IMG/VR virus record: IMGVR_UViG_3300024503_000419 | Source: a virus | DNA: 64,000 nt | Strand: one strand, 5' to 3' | In this document: in pieces, positions 19,271-29,600 of the stretch | Numbering within the stretch: position 1 is the first letter of the stretch | Layout of the letters: each line of letters opens with the position of its first letter | The notes under the pieces: model-generated | Databases searched by the model: none | What the model was told of the DNA's origin: nothing | What the model saw: the letters and a program-made list of their open reading frames with translations, nothing else | Position numbers and translations under genes: made by a program

Positions 19271-20814
19271 TGGCAAAGAAGTTAACATCATCCAAAGCAA
19301 GAGAAATCCTACACGACAAGAGCGTGCATGGACATCCTTTGACAGACAAGCAAAGAAGATTCTTTGGTGCTATTGCTGGAGGTGCTAAACCTTATAAAGC
19401 TCAGTTTGGATCATTTCTTCAACCAATTACAGGAGAAGATGTTTCAAGGTTCTTTGATTTATTTTCTGTGCCTCAAAAAGCTGCAACAAAACTTGTAACA
19501 GGGAAATATCAAACCCCTTCTCAGGCTATGGGAATCAAGAATAAAGCTGGTGCCATTGCTACAGACATACTTCTTGATCCTGTAAATTTAGTCACAGGTG
19601 TTGGTGCTTTGAGACAGGCTGTTAAATTTAGACCTAAGCCAGGAATGATGTATAGGCAGATATTTGGAGAAGAGGCATTAGAGAACTTTCAGAAATACGG
19701 ACCTACAACCAGACCAGGTGTTGAACCTAGTCAACAATTAGTTGACCATGCTTTGTTTCCTCAAAGGAATCCTTCAAAGGTGGGAGAGATGTATACCTCT
19801 ACTGGAGAAAAATTCAAAACAGTTTCTACTGTAGACGATGCTGGTGGATACAGGATGCCTTACTTTTCTGAGGGTAACTTATGGTATGGTAAGTCTCGTC
19901 CAAAAGCAGGCAAAGAACGTTTAATTGTAGCTGACCCAAAAAACTTCCCAGAGGGGACATTTACACCAGCTGGAGAATCTACCATCATAATGGGTAAACC
20001 TTCAAAAGCATTAGTGGAAAGTTATGCTGGTAACAGAAGAGCAATGGTTCCTCTTCAAGAAACATTTGACGCAAGTAAGTTTCAGGTTTATGAACCTAAC
20101 TGGCTTAGAGGGTATAAAGAAGTTAAACCAAAGAAAAAAGAAGAAGGTGGATGGTTGGATAAGTATGAGCAAGGAGGACTGGTGTTGAAGCAAAAGAAAA
20201 CAGATAACTATGGCACAAAGCCAAACGTTAATGATGATAAAGCCACCTATCCTGATGGATTCGTAGGATGGGAGTATGACATCACTGGACGTAACTACAG
20301 CCCTGCATGGGGTGGTCAGTTTGCTATGGGTGGATCTATCCCTGGTGCTGTAGGATTCACATACGCACGCACAGTGGGAGCTGCTCCTAGCAATGGTCCT
20401 TATGCTAAGAAGACCAAGGCTAGTGCACAGAATGGAATGGAGATGAAATACTATCAAGCAGGACTTGATTTCAAACCTAAGACTATTAGTCAAGATGGTA
20501 CAGTGATTGATCCTGATGGATATTGGAATCCAGACAACTGGGGAAAACCTGTAATTATTCCTTCCAATCAAATCACAATGGAAGATGTATATGAACCATT
20601 GGTTGGTGTGTCTGATGAAGGAGATGTTCAATACATGGAACCTGGAAAAAATTATGTGTTTGAGGGAGACTATGTTACAGAATATCCTGTTGCTAAAGGT
20701 GGAATCAGTGTGAACCAAGCTGATGCCCAACCTATTAAAAAGTTAGATCAATTGCTTAACTTTACAAACTATAACAAACCAACCAAGGGTGGGTGGTTAG
20801 ATAAATATCAATAA
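19270..20814 (+). CDS. Internal virion cargo protein
   Basis: 514 aa, basic N-terminus, repeated GGWLDKY and (A/F/Y)xxG(G) motifs; lies between the muzzle and the large cargo genes. Confidence 0.55.
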   Translation: MAKKLTSSKAREILHDKSVHGHPLTDKQRRFFGAIAGGAKPYKAQFGSFLQPITGEDVSRFFDLFSVPQKAATKLVTGKYQTPSQAMGIKNKAGAIATDILLDPVNLVTGVGALRQAVKFRPKPGMMYRQIFGEEALENFQKYGPTTRPGVEPSQQLVDHALFPQRNPSKVGEMYTSTGEKFKTVSTVDDAGGYRMPYFSEGNLWYGKSRPKAGKERLIVADPKNFPEGTFTPAGESTIIMGKPSKALVESYAGNRRAMVPLQETFDASKFQVYEPNWLRGYKEVKPKKKEEGGWLDKYEQGGLVLKQKKTDNYGTKPNVNDDKATYPDGFVGWEYDITGRNYSPAWGGQFAMGGSIPGAVGFTYARTVGAAPSNGPYAKKTKASAQNGMEMKYYQAGLDFKPKTISQDGTVIDPDGYWNPDNWGKPVIIPSNQITMEDVYEPLVGVSDEGDVQYMEPGKNYVFEGDYVTEYPVAKGGISVNQADAQPIKKLDQLLNFTNYNKPTKGGWLDKYQ

Positions 20815-20815
20815 C

Positions 20816-23800
20816 ATGAAAAAACAGATGCTTAAAATCGCTGGTGTCAAATCTGAAAAGGAATTCTACAAGAAGTTTCCTACAGAAGAAGCATTCATGG
20901 CTAAACATGGTAAGGCTTTCAAGAAGGCACAGATAGGTAGCTACATTGGTGGTGAATCAGATGGTGGGTTTCAGCCCATAAGTTTCCAAGATGTGTATGA
21001 CCAAGCTGACTACACTATCACTGGAATGACAGATGAGATGCGCAGAGATGAGCAACTCAGACAGTCACAAATGGCTGCTGCTCAGAAGGAAACTGGATCT
21101 GGTGGTAATCCACTTAGTAATGTTGCCAGCATGCTCCAAAACCCAGAAGCTATGCAAGCCATTACAGGTGCTTTTGGTGGTGCTAAGAAAGGAAAGAAAC
21201 TTTCAAAGCTCCAAGTGGGCTCTACAAGTGGACTATTATCTATACCCAACCCTACATTAGTTACACAAGCAGATCAGGACATCACTAAGCAGTTTTACGA
21301 TGCACAAGTTTCTCCTGATATACAAGAAATATCAGGATCTAATATTGGTAAAACTATTGGTCAATATGCTCCTGCTGCAGGAAAACTTATACAAGGTATT
21401 CAACAGGCAAAAGAAGAAAAGAAAGCTTTGCAAAGAGCTCAGCAGATGCAACAAGTTAGTGATGTTGTAAAACAAGCTGCTGAAACACGTCCTGAAGAAA
21501 CCCAACGTAGATATGTTCGTCCTGAGGATATTGTAAACACAGGAGAAGAATTTTTCCCAATATATGGTGTAGGTACAAATGTGCTTGCAAGGAATGGAGC
21601 TTCTGTTGGTGGTGGAGAAATCATGAACACATATGCTCCCAATACACTTTATGACAATCTTGGATATGAGCCTCTGAATGAGAGCGAGAGATATAAGCAG
21701 TTCTACCATGGTGGTAAGATGCATGTAGCTCAGAGTGGGTTTGAAGCATTTGCTCAAGCTGGTGGTGGAGATATAACAAGTCAGCTTCTTACAGGAATCA
21801 CTGGAGAGAATGCTGGTGGTCAGATTGGTGGAACAATTGGTAAAACAGCTGGAACAATAATTGGAGGCCCTGTTGGAGGAATGATTGGTCAGGTGGGAGG
21901 ACAGCTTATTGGCACATTGCTAGATAAGAAACCTCAGAAGATTAAAGCAGCTAAAGAAGCTACACAAAAGAACATTCAAGCTACAGCTCTTCAGTCAGGT
22001 ATTCAAGGAGCACAACAACAATATACATCCTTCATGCAAGATGGTGGCACCACCTCTCCTTACAAATGGATGAGCCATACATGGCAACCACAGGTGATAA
22101 CCACCTTTGGAGAGCACAAAGTGAGCGATCTTCTTAGACCTCCTAAGGATGCAGATATGCTAAGAGCTGGTGGTCATCTAAAAGAATACACACCTCCTAG
22201 TGCAAGAGCTATGTCTACAGAAAGACCAGACTTTCAAATGGGTGGAGAACTCCAAACACACTGGGGTGGATATGCAGAACCTATGTCCTACAATCCATAC
22301 CTTCCTGAGGGAGGAGAAACTGTAATGTTCAAAGGACAGTCTCACGATGAGTCTGATGGAAAAGGAAACACAGGCATTGGCATTACATATGGTGACAATC
22401 CTGTAGAAGTGGAAAGAGGTGAGCCTGCTATGAAGATGAGAGATGGATCTGGTGGCGATAGCAGTCTTGTAGTGTTTGGTAACCTGAAGGTGCCTAAGGG
22501 TATGCTTCCTGGTGCTGATGGTAAGAACTTCAAGAAATATGTATCAGAGCTTTCCAAGAATGAAGACAAAACAAATAAAATGATTAGTAAAGCTGTTACG
22601 TCTGTTGATGAATTGGATGTCATTACACCATATGATCAATTGGCTTTCAACACTTTACAAGCACAGATAGATGGTGGAAACGCAAAGCTTAAGAAGATAG
22701 CTCAGGATAAGATGGATGCTGCAGCTCTACAGACAGCTATGAATGACACCATTGAAGAGTTTGGACTTGAGACAACAGACAGAGGAACAATTAAAGCTAA
22801 AAAAGGAATGCTCATTACAAAAGCTCAAGATGGCACAAAGAAACCAAAATCAATGTCTGCTCTAGCAGAAGTTCCTAAAGGACAGAAAGAAACAGACATT
22901 GCTTATGGAAAGGTTACCCTGCAAGATATTGAGGATATGAAAAAGAACAATCCTTGGTATGATTGGAAAGGATTCAATCCTAAAAGCAAGGCAGATGTTC
23001 TTAAGTTCCAACAGGCATTCAATATGCTTTCTAAAGCTATTGGAAGTCCTACTAAACTTGTAGAGGATAAGCTCTTAGGAGAACAGACAGTGAGCTCTAA
23101 AGTGGAATATGATAAAGAAACACCTAAGATAGTAACTCCTGTAACAACCACACCTCAAACCACCATTCCACTTCAGACACCAGAGGAAAAGAAGTTTGAA
23201 ATTTCTGAGATTGTTCAAAGCAAACGTTTACCATGGATGGATGTTCTAAACCAGGTGCTTCCATATGTGAGACCAAGTGATGCTGAAAAACTAGATGCAA
23301 ACCAGCTTGCTGGTGAGATGTATGCATTGGCTACCAATCAGTTAGAGCCTGTAAGAGCTCAAACCTTCCAACCTCAGCTATCTGTCCCATATGACATATC
23401 TCTTCAGGATATACTAAATGAGAACGAAGCTACCTACAGATCTCAACAGAGGATGTTTGGATACAATCCTGCTCTACAAAGTCAGTTGAATGCCCAGAAA
23501 TATTCTGCTAACCAGAGAGTGCTTGGTGAGCAATTCCGTATGAACCAGGCTCTGAAAAATCAAATCTATAAAGAGAACAGGGATCTTCTGAACCAGTCAC
23601 AGCTTCAAAACCTGGGTATTCTGGACCAGCAATATGTTAGACAGCAGGAAGCTAAAAGTAAAACCAAGGCTACTACACAGGCTGCTCTTAATTCTATTGC
23701 TGCCAAATATGCTCAGAACAAGTTGGAAAACAGGACATTACAAGTGTACGAGAACTTGTACAACTATCGTTATGACCCTAGATTCAGGGCTATAAACATG

Positions 23801-23935
23801 AACCCTCTATTCCAAGCGAATATACCAAATGTTCAAGACACTTATACAGGTCTTCCTGTAGTTAAGGATGGTAAAAAGATAGACAGAAAAAAAGCTCTTA
23901 ATAGCTCCATTGTAAAGTCTATGAAAAATCTCTAA
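20816..23935 (+). CDS. Large internal cargo/ejection protein
   Basis: 1039 aa, Gly-rich hydrophobic segment (GGQIGGTIGKTAGTIIGGPVGGMIG), SHDE...VEVERGE motif, Gln-rich coiled-coil C-terminus. Confidence 0.65.
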   Translation: MKKQMLKIAGVKSEKEFYKKFPTEEAFMAKHGKAFKKAQIGSYIGGESDGGFQPISFQDVYDQADYTITGMTDEMRRDEQLRQSQMAAAQKETGSGGNPLSNVASMLQNPEAMQAITGAFGGAKKGKKLSKLQVGSTSGLLSIPNPTLVTQADQDITKQFYDAQVSPDIQEISGSNIGKTIGQYAPAAGKLIQGIQQAKEEKKALQRAQQMQQVSDVVKQAAETRPEETQRRYVRPEDIVNTGEEFFPIYGVGTNVLARNGASVGGGEIMNTYAPNTLYDNLGYEPLNESERYKQFYHGGKMHVAQSGFEAFAQAGGGDITSQLLTGITGENAGGQIGGTIGKTAGTIIGGPVGGMIGQVGGQLIGTLLDKKPQKIKAAKEATQKNIQATALQSGIQGAQQQYTSFMQDGGTTSPYKWMSHTWQPQVITTFGEHKVSDLLRPPKDADMLRAGGHLKEYTPPSARAMSTERPDFQMGGELQTHWGGYAEPMSYNPYLPEGGETVMFKGQSHDESDGKGNTGIGITYGDNPVEVERGEPAMKMRDGSGGDSSLVVFGNLKVPKGMLPGADGKNFKKYVSELSKNEDKTNKMISKAVTSVDELDVITPYDQLAFNTLQAQIDGGNAKLKKIAQDKMDAAALQTAMNDTIEEFGLETTDRGTIKAKKGMLITKAQDGTKKPKSMSALAEVPKGQKETDIAYGKVTLQDIEDMKKNNPWYDWKGFNPKSKADVLKFQQAFNMLSKAIGSPTKLVEDKLLGEQTVSSKVEYDKETPKIVTPVTTTPQTTIPLQTPEEKKFEISEIVQSKRLPWMDVLNQVLPYVRPSDAEKLDANQLAGEMYALATNQLEPVRAQTFQPQLSVPYDISLQDILNENEATYRSQQRMFGYNPALQSQLNAQKYSANQRVLGEQFRMNQALKNQIYKENRDLLNQSQLQNLGILDQQYVRQQEAKSKTKATTQAALNSIAAKYAQNKLENRTLQVYENLYNYRYDPRFRAINMNPLFQANIPNVQDTYTGLPVVKDGKKIDRKKALNSSIVKSMKNL

Positions 23936-23975
23936 CTAGTTCAGTTAGAGCGAATTACCAAAACTCGTTATTCCT

Positions 23976-24007
23976 CTTGGAAAATATAATTATTCATATT
24001 ACATTTG
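23976..24007 (+). promoter_or_regulatory. Bacteroidota-type promoter upstream of the RNAP/ejection operon
   Basis: CTTG (23976-23979), 20-nt spacer, TACATTTG (24000-24007, perfect -7 element). Confidence 0.7.
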
Positions 24008-24022
24008 CTAACTTGACTTAAA

Positions 24023-26689
24023 ATGGCTTCATTTACAGACCTCATACCGCAATTTAACCCCTATATCCAGCAGCTCCCTGTGGACGCTATGGTGACTGTG
24101 GGCATGGAGAAACAGAAGCGCTATGACGAGGGTATACAAAAGATTCAGTCTCAGATAGATCAGATTGGTGGGTTAGACATCAGTAAACCTGGCCATAAGG
24201 CATATTTGCAATCTAAGCTGAATGAACTTGGTAACAACCTCAAAATAGTAGCTGCTGGTGACTTCTCCAACTTTCAGCTTGTTAATTCTGTATCTGGAAT
24301 GACAGCTCAGATTGTTAGAGATCCTATAGTGCAGAATGCTGTAAGATCTACACAACATGCTAGAAAGGAGCAAGAAAATATTCAAGCTGCTCAGAAGGCA
24401 GGTAAGTCATCTGTAGACAACGAAGACTTTTACTACGATAGGTATAACAAGTGGTTGAACGATGCTGATCTTTCCAAACCATTCACAGACGAGTTTATTG
24501 AATACAAGGATGTGGATGCCAAGCTTAGGGATTTAACAAGCAAGCTGAAAGAAGATGAGATAGGTATTGAGAATCCTTACATGAGAAATGAGCTAGGAGA
24601 AACCCTCTACTTTTATAAAGATCCTAAGACAGGACAAACCTTGGCTTCTACAGATCCTTCAAAAGGAGAGAAAAGACTAGACCTAGATATGTTGAGCATT
24701 AAGGTGAAGGGACTTCCTGCAGAAAGAATTCTTAACAACTTCTATGATAGCTTAGATGCAAATGACATTAGACAGCTAAGAATAAATAGCTGGGCACATT
24801 ATAGAGGCGCTGGTCCTGAGTCTTTTAGAAAGGATATAGAGGATTCATATAAGAATAAGAAAGAAATGCTTTCTCAAAAAAAGGTGGACTTGGCTGTAAA
24901 AATCCAAAACCCATCAATCACAGGTCCAGCTAAAGATAGACTTGTAGCTGAACTTGCAGATATTAATAACCAGATAGACAATAATGTACTAGATAAAGAA
25001 TTAGCTAGTGATCTTGCAGAACTTCAAAATCCTAGAAATCTAGAAGAGTTCAAATACAAGCTGTATACACAAAACCATTTAACAAATCTAGCAAAAGATC
25101 TCTCATATAAAAGCTATGTACAGGAGAGGAAAGCCAATCCCGCTGAACAAGCAAACCTTGCAAGACAGAAGTTTCAGTTTGATCAGATCAAGGAAGCTAA
25201 TGATATGTACAGATGGAAAACAACAGAGGGAAGACTTGAAAGAGAGTTTCAGTATAGAGTGAAAAAAGATCTTGAGGAAAAAATAGCTAAGGGGTACAGA
25301 GTGAGTCCTGGTGATTGGGGAACAGATATAGAAGCTCCTACAACACAAGATTTATTTAAAGACATGACCACCAGCGCTGAGGCATTTGGTGCTGAGCAAA
25401 CCAGAATTGCAGAAGCTTTCTATCCAAGTACCAATCCTTTGTATAAGAACATGACCTTAGATGAGAAGGTGAAAGCTCTTGGTATCAAATCTTCAGAATA
25501 TAGACAAAATCCTAATATGACTCTTACGCCAGATCAAAAGCTGTATCTGGAGCAGTATAGAGAAATGGAGAACAACATTTCAAAAACAATCAATACATAC
25601 AATTCTGCTATTAAGTTTGAAGAAGATTTCAAGAAGAAATATGTAGCTGAGAAGATAGGTGCTCAAACTGTCACTGTTGCAGGAAAGACCTATACAGGAG
25701 ATGATGCTGCAGACTTTGATGCCACAGTAAACAAGTTTAACAAAATGGGTGTATCAGTTGGTATGAGTGGTGCTCCTTCTGCATCTCCATATTTTGATAC
25801 AAAAGCTGCTGACAATTTCTATAAAACATATAAAGGTGGTAAGCTTTATCAAATGTGGCAAGCATATGATAGAGATAAAAGTCCATTTAAGAGAATGACT
25901 GGTGATGATGAACAGTTGATGAATTTCATGACACGTTCAAAAGTTCCTTTACAAAATTTACAATCTGAGGTTTCAGAAGCCACATCAAAATACATTGCTT
26001 CAATCAGCCCTAATTATGCTGTACAAAGAGCTAGGATTGATATAAAGGATCCAAATAAAGCTAGAGACCTTGATGACTTCCTTGCAGAGAAAAGAGCACA
26101 GTATGAAAGCAAGGGTGCGCTCGCTACAAAAGACTTGGGAGATTACAATCCAACCACTGCTACATCAATAAGAACAGGAGAAGGTTCTAGCTTCCAAATA
26201 GAAAAACGTAGAGACGGTGGTGCAAATGTTATTATGTTTGGAGCAAAGGGATCTAAACAAGTGATACCAGCAACTGCTTCTGAGGTGGCTAGATTCTTTC
26301 CAGAGGTGGCAGTTAAAAATCCTTTCTCTGACATAAATGACATAATACTAACTTCACCAGATCGTACAACAAATGCTGCAAATCAAAGATTTGTTCCTGG
26401 TTCTGGTAGCACAGCTGTAAATGCAAAGATTAGTGGGTACCAACTTCCTCAACTCAAAGGCACTGGATATGAATCAAAGGTGAGACTGGACGTTGAAGGT
26501 AGTTTGAGTAACACAGGTAATCCTGAGACAGACTTATTCACAGTGATTATGTATGTACCAGATCCTAAAACTGGTACATGGAAAGGTGACTATCTAAGTG
26601 ATGGATATGTTTCATCAGCAGATGCTTTATTGAAAATGCAACTCATTAGTCCTATTAGTATTAATGATGCAATTAAAACATTTAAGTAA
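24023..26689 (+). CDS. Ejected virion protein (first of three large genes of the RNAP cluster)
   Basis: 888 aa, mostly helical, translationally coupled (TAATG) to the RNAP gene. Confidence 0.6.
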   Translation: MASFTDLIPQFNPYIQQLPVDAMVTVGMEKQKRYDEGIQKIQSQIDQIGGLDISKPGHKAYLQSKLNELGNNLKIVAAGDFSNFQLVNSVSGMTAQIVRDPIVQNAVRSTQHARKEQENIQAAQKAGKSSVDNEDFYYDRYNKWLNDADLSKPFTDEFIEYKDVDAKLRDLTSKLKEDEIGIENPYMRNELGETLYFYKDPKTGQTLASTDPSKGEKRLDLDMLSIKVKGLPAERILNNFYDSLDANDIRQLRINSWAHYRGAGPESFRKDIEDSYKNKKEMLSQKKVDLAVKIQNPSITGPAKDRLVAELADINNQIDNNVLDKELASDLAELQNPRNLEEFKYKLYTQNHLTNLAKDLSYKSYVQERKANPAEQANLARQKFQFDQIKEANDMYRWKTTEGRLEREFQYRVKKDLEEKIAKGYRVSPGDWGTDIEAPTTQDLFKDMTTSAEAFGAEQTRIAEAFYPSTNPLYKNMTLDEKVKALGIKSSEYRQNPNMTLTPDQKLYLEQYREMENNISKTINTYNSAIKFEEDFKKKYVAEKIGAQTVTVAGKTYTGDDAADFDATVNKFNKMGVSVGMSGAPSASPYFDTKAADNFYKTYKGGKLYQMWQAYDRDKSPFKRMTGDDEQLMNFMTRSKVPLQNLQSEVSEATSKYIASISPNYAVQRARIDIKDPNKARDLDDFLAEKRAQYESKGALATKDLGDYNPTTATSIRTGEGSSFQIEKRRDGGANVIMFGAKGSKQVIPATASEVARFFPEVAVKNPFSDINDIILTSPDRTTNAANQRFVPGSGSTAVNAKISGYQLPQLKGTGYESKVRLDVEGSLSNTGNPETDLFTVIMYVPDPKTGTWKGDYLSDGYVSSADALLKMQLISPISINDAIKTFK

Positions 26690-29600
26690 TGCCAATTTTT
26701 GACAAAGAGCTTATTGATAATGTTCATGAGGATGGGTCTTTGAAAGGACCCACTCCTGTACTTGGTTCTTTTGCTGGAACTAAAGTTGATATGAATGCTT
26801 TTGGTCGAGGTGCATTGTTTGCTCCTAGTAGTAAGGTGGGACTTAGTCTCAAAGAAATAAAAGCAATACAGGGAACCCCTGGTCCGAAAGGTTTTGATCA
26901 ATTGTTCCCTGCTGCTCTTGAGTCTGAACTTCTTGCCAACCAACGCTACCCTGTCTATGAAAGAGGTGTTGATTTGGAGCAAATATATGCATTGCAACAA
27001 CCATGGTATCAAACACTTAGTAATGGTGTAGCCAAGCTTGGTATAAACGCCATAGGTACATTTGCCCAGTCTTTAACAAACATCCCTAATACAATATCTG
27101 CAATAAAGAATGGAGAAGCATCAAAGCTCTCTGGTGATCCTAATGGATATGAAGGAACTATAGATAAATGGATGAGGGACATGAATGATGTTCTTCCTAA
27201 CTATGCAAGTCAGTATTCTAGAGAACATCCGTTCCTTTCAGCAATTCCTTTTACAAGAGGATCTGCATATTGGTGGGGAGAGAAGTTCTTGCCTAACATA
27301 GGATTTATGGTGGGTGCTGTAGGCGGTGCTGCTTTACAAGATATTGCTATTGGTGCTGTTACACAAGGACTTGGAGAGATTCCTCTTGTTGCATCTCAAG
27401 TGGGAAAAGCTGCTCTCTACTTAAACAGACTATTCAGTTCTGAAACCAAACTTGACAGACTTCTTGAAGCTGGAAGAGCTCTTGGTAAAACAGAGCAACA
27501 GCTTCTAAACGTGAAAAGACTTGGAGAACTTGCTGCTGCTGCAAAGGTGGGAAGTGGGTTTAGATATGGAACTGCAATTGCAGGAGCCTCTATGACTGAA
27601 TCTGGTGTTGAAAGTAGAGGTGCATACACACAGGTGAAGGATGAACTTACAAGACAATATATTGCTGAGAATGGTAAAGAACCAGATTTTGCTGCTGCAC
27701 AAGAAATAGAAAACTATGCAACAAATGCTATGAATGCCAGATTTGGTATAAACATGGCTCTTCTTACAGCATCAAACACCCTGCAGTTTGGTAACCTATT
27801 CAGATCAATGACTGCTGCAAGAGGTGCTGTCACTCAGCTTGAAGGTATTGGAAAGATAGGACTTGCAGAGGGATCTCTAGATGTATTTGAAAAGCAGGGA
27901 GCTAAGACAGTTGCTGGTAAGGTTTGGGATAGTGTTAAGCCTGGTGTAGGTAATATATTCAGAGAAGGTGTGTTTGAAGAAGGTGGACAGTTTGCTGCAG
28001 AAAGAGGAACTTACGATTATTATACAAGAAAGTATAAAAGCGATAAGTATAAAGGAACATGGGATGATCTAAATGAGTTGATTAAATCCACCACCTTCGG
28101 AATGAAGGAACAGTTTGGTAGTGTTGAAGGTATAGAGAACATGTTGATAGGAGGTCTCACTGGATTGATTGTTGGAAAGGTTCAGAACCTGTATGAGGAG
28201 AAGAAAGGAATAGGAGAGAAAGCTAGAACAGGAACTGCCTTAAACATCTTGAACAGGTTTGGTATGACCAACACCCTTCAGAGGAAATACGATGATACAG
28301 TGACACAGGCTGGTATTCTGAGAGATATGCAGGAAGCTGCAAAGTCCAATGATGTATTCAGATACAAGAACCTTCAGTCAGATGCATTCTTCAACTTTGT
28401 ACAATCTCGTATTCCTTATGGAATGCACGATGTTACGGTTGAACAGCTTAACATGCTCAAGGATTTGTCTAAAGAACAATTTGAGCAGATGTTCCAATTA
28501 GACTTCAATGAAACAAACAAAGCTACAGTTAGTGAGTATGTAGATGCTCTTATTAACAAGGCTAACGAAATAAAGAAAACATCTGATGCAATTAATCAGA
28601 CGTTTGTAAATCCATTCAAGAATGCTCCTAAGGAAGGTGATGTAGCAAGTCAGATAGAAGCTGACAACTATAACACCTTTGAAGATTATAAGCTTGATTT
28701 GGCTTATTACGCTTCAATTGCTCCAGAGGTGAATAGAAGACTTTCATCTATTCAACAAGATGTAACTAACATCGTTCCTGGAGTGAGCAATAACATGTTG
28801 TCTCAGCTCACCAGTGAGAGTGGCTTGAAAGCCTTGAGTGAAATGTATGAGCAAAAGGCAAACATGCTCAATTCCACTGTAACAGAACTTACACCTGTTC
28901 AGGAGAAGATAGCCATCAAGAACCAAGTGAAAGCTCTTCGTACAAGATCTGAGAAAATATCTATGGCTCTTGGAGAGGGTAAGATTACAGACAAATTGTT
29001 TGAAGACCTTCTCAACTTTGAGATGAATAACCAAGATGCTACAAAGGAAAACATTGTTCCTTTGGCACAGGTTCAGAAGCTTCGTGATTATGGTTTTGAC
29101 ATAAACAGAAACCTTGAGAGAAAGAAGATAGCAGCTGACGCTTTTGATAAACTTTCTACAAAAGAAGGATTTGAGAAATACTACGAACAAGCTGAACAGA
29201 TAGCTGCTGATAAAGAGGAAGCAGAAAAGGAAGAAGTAAAGCCTGTTGAAGAAAAGAAAGAACCTGTATACAAAAATGTAGCTGGTGTAGAAGAAAAACT
29301 TGAAAAGAACAGAGAATACCAAATCCCAAAGGCTAAGATAGCTTCTGTAAAAAAGCTGGCTGATGACAGATGGAGTGTAAGCTACCCTGGAGGAGCTACA
29401 ACATTCTACAAAACACAGGAAGATGCTAAACTTGCTGCTGATGACATCAATGATGAACTGGGCAATCTGCAGAAGGTGAGAGTGTTGGAGTTTAATGAGG
29501 ATGGCTCTGTTAAGGTGGAAAACCTGAAAGGAGATATATTCAATATACAACCATCTAGACTTGCTGGATATGAGAGAGTGGAAACAAAAGAAGAGAAGTT

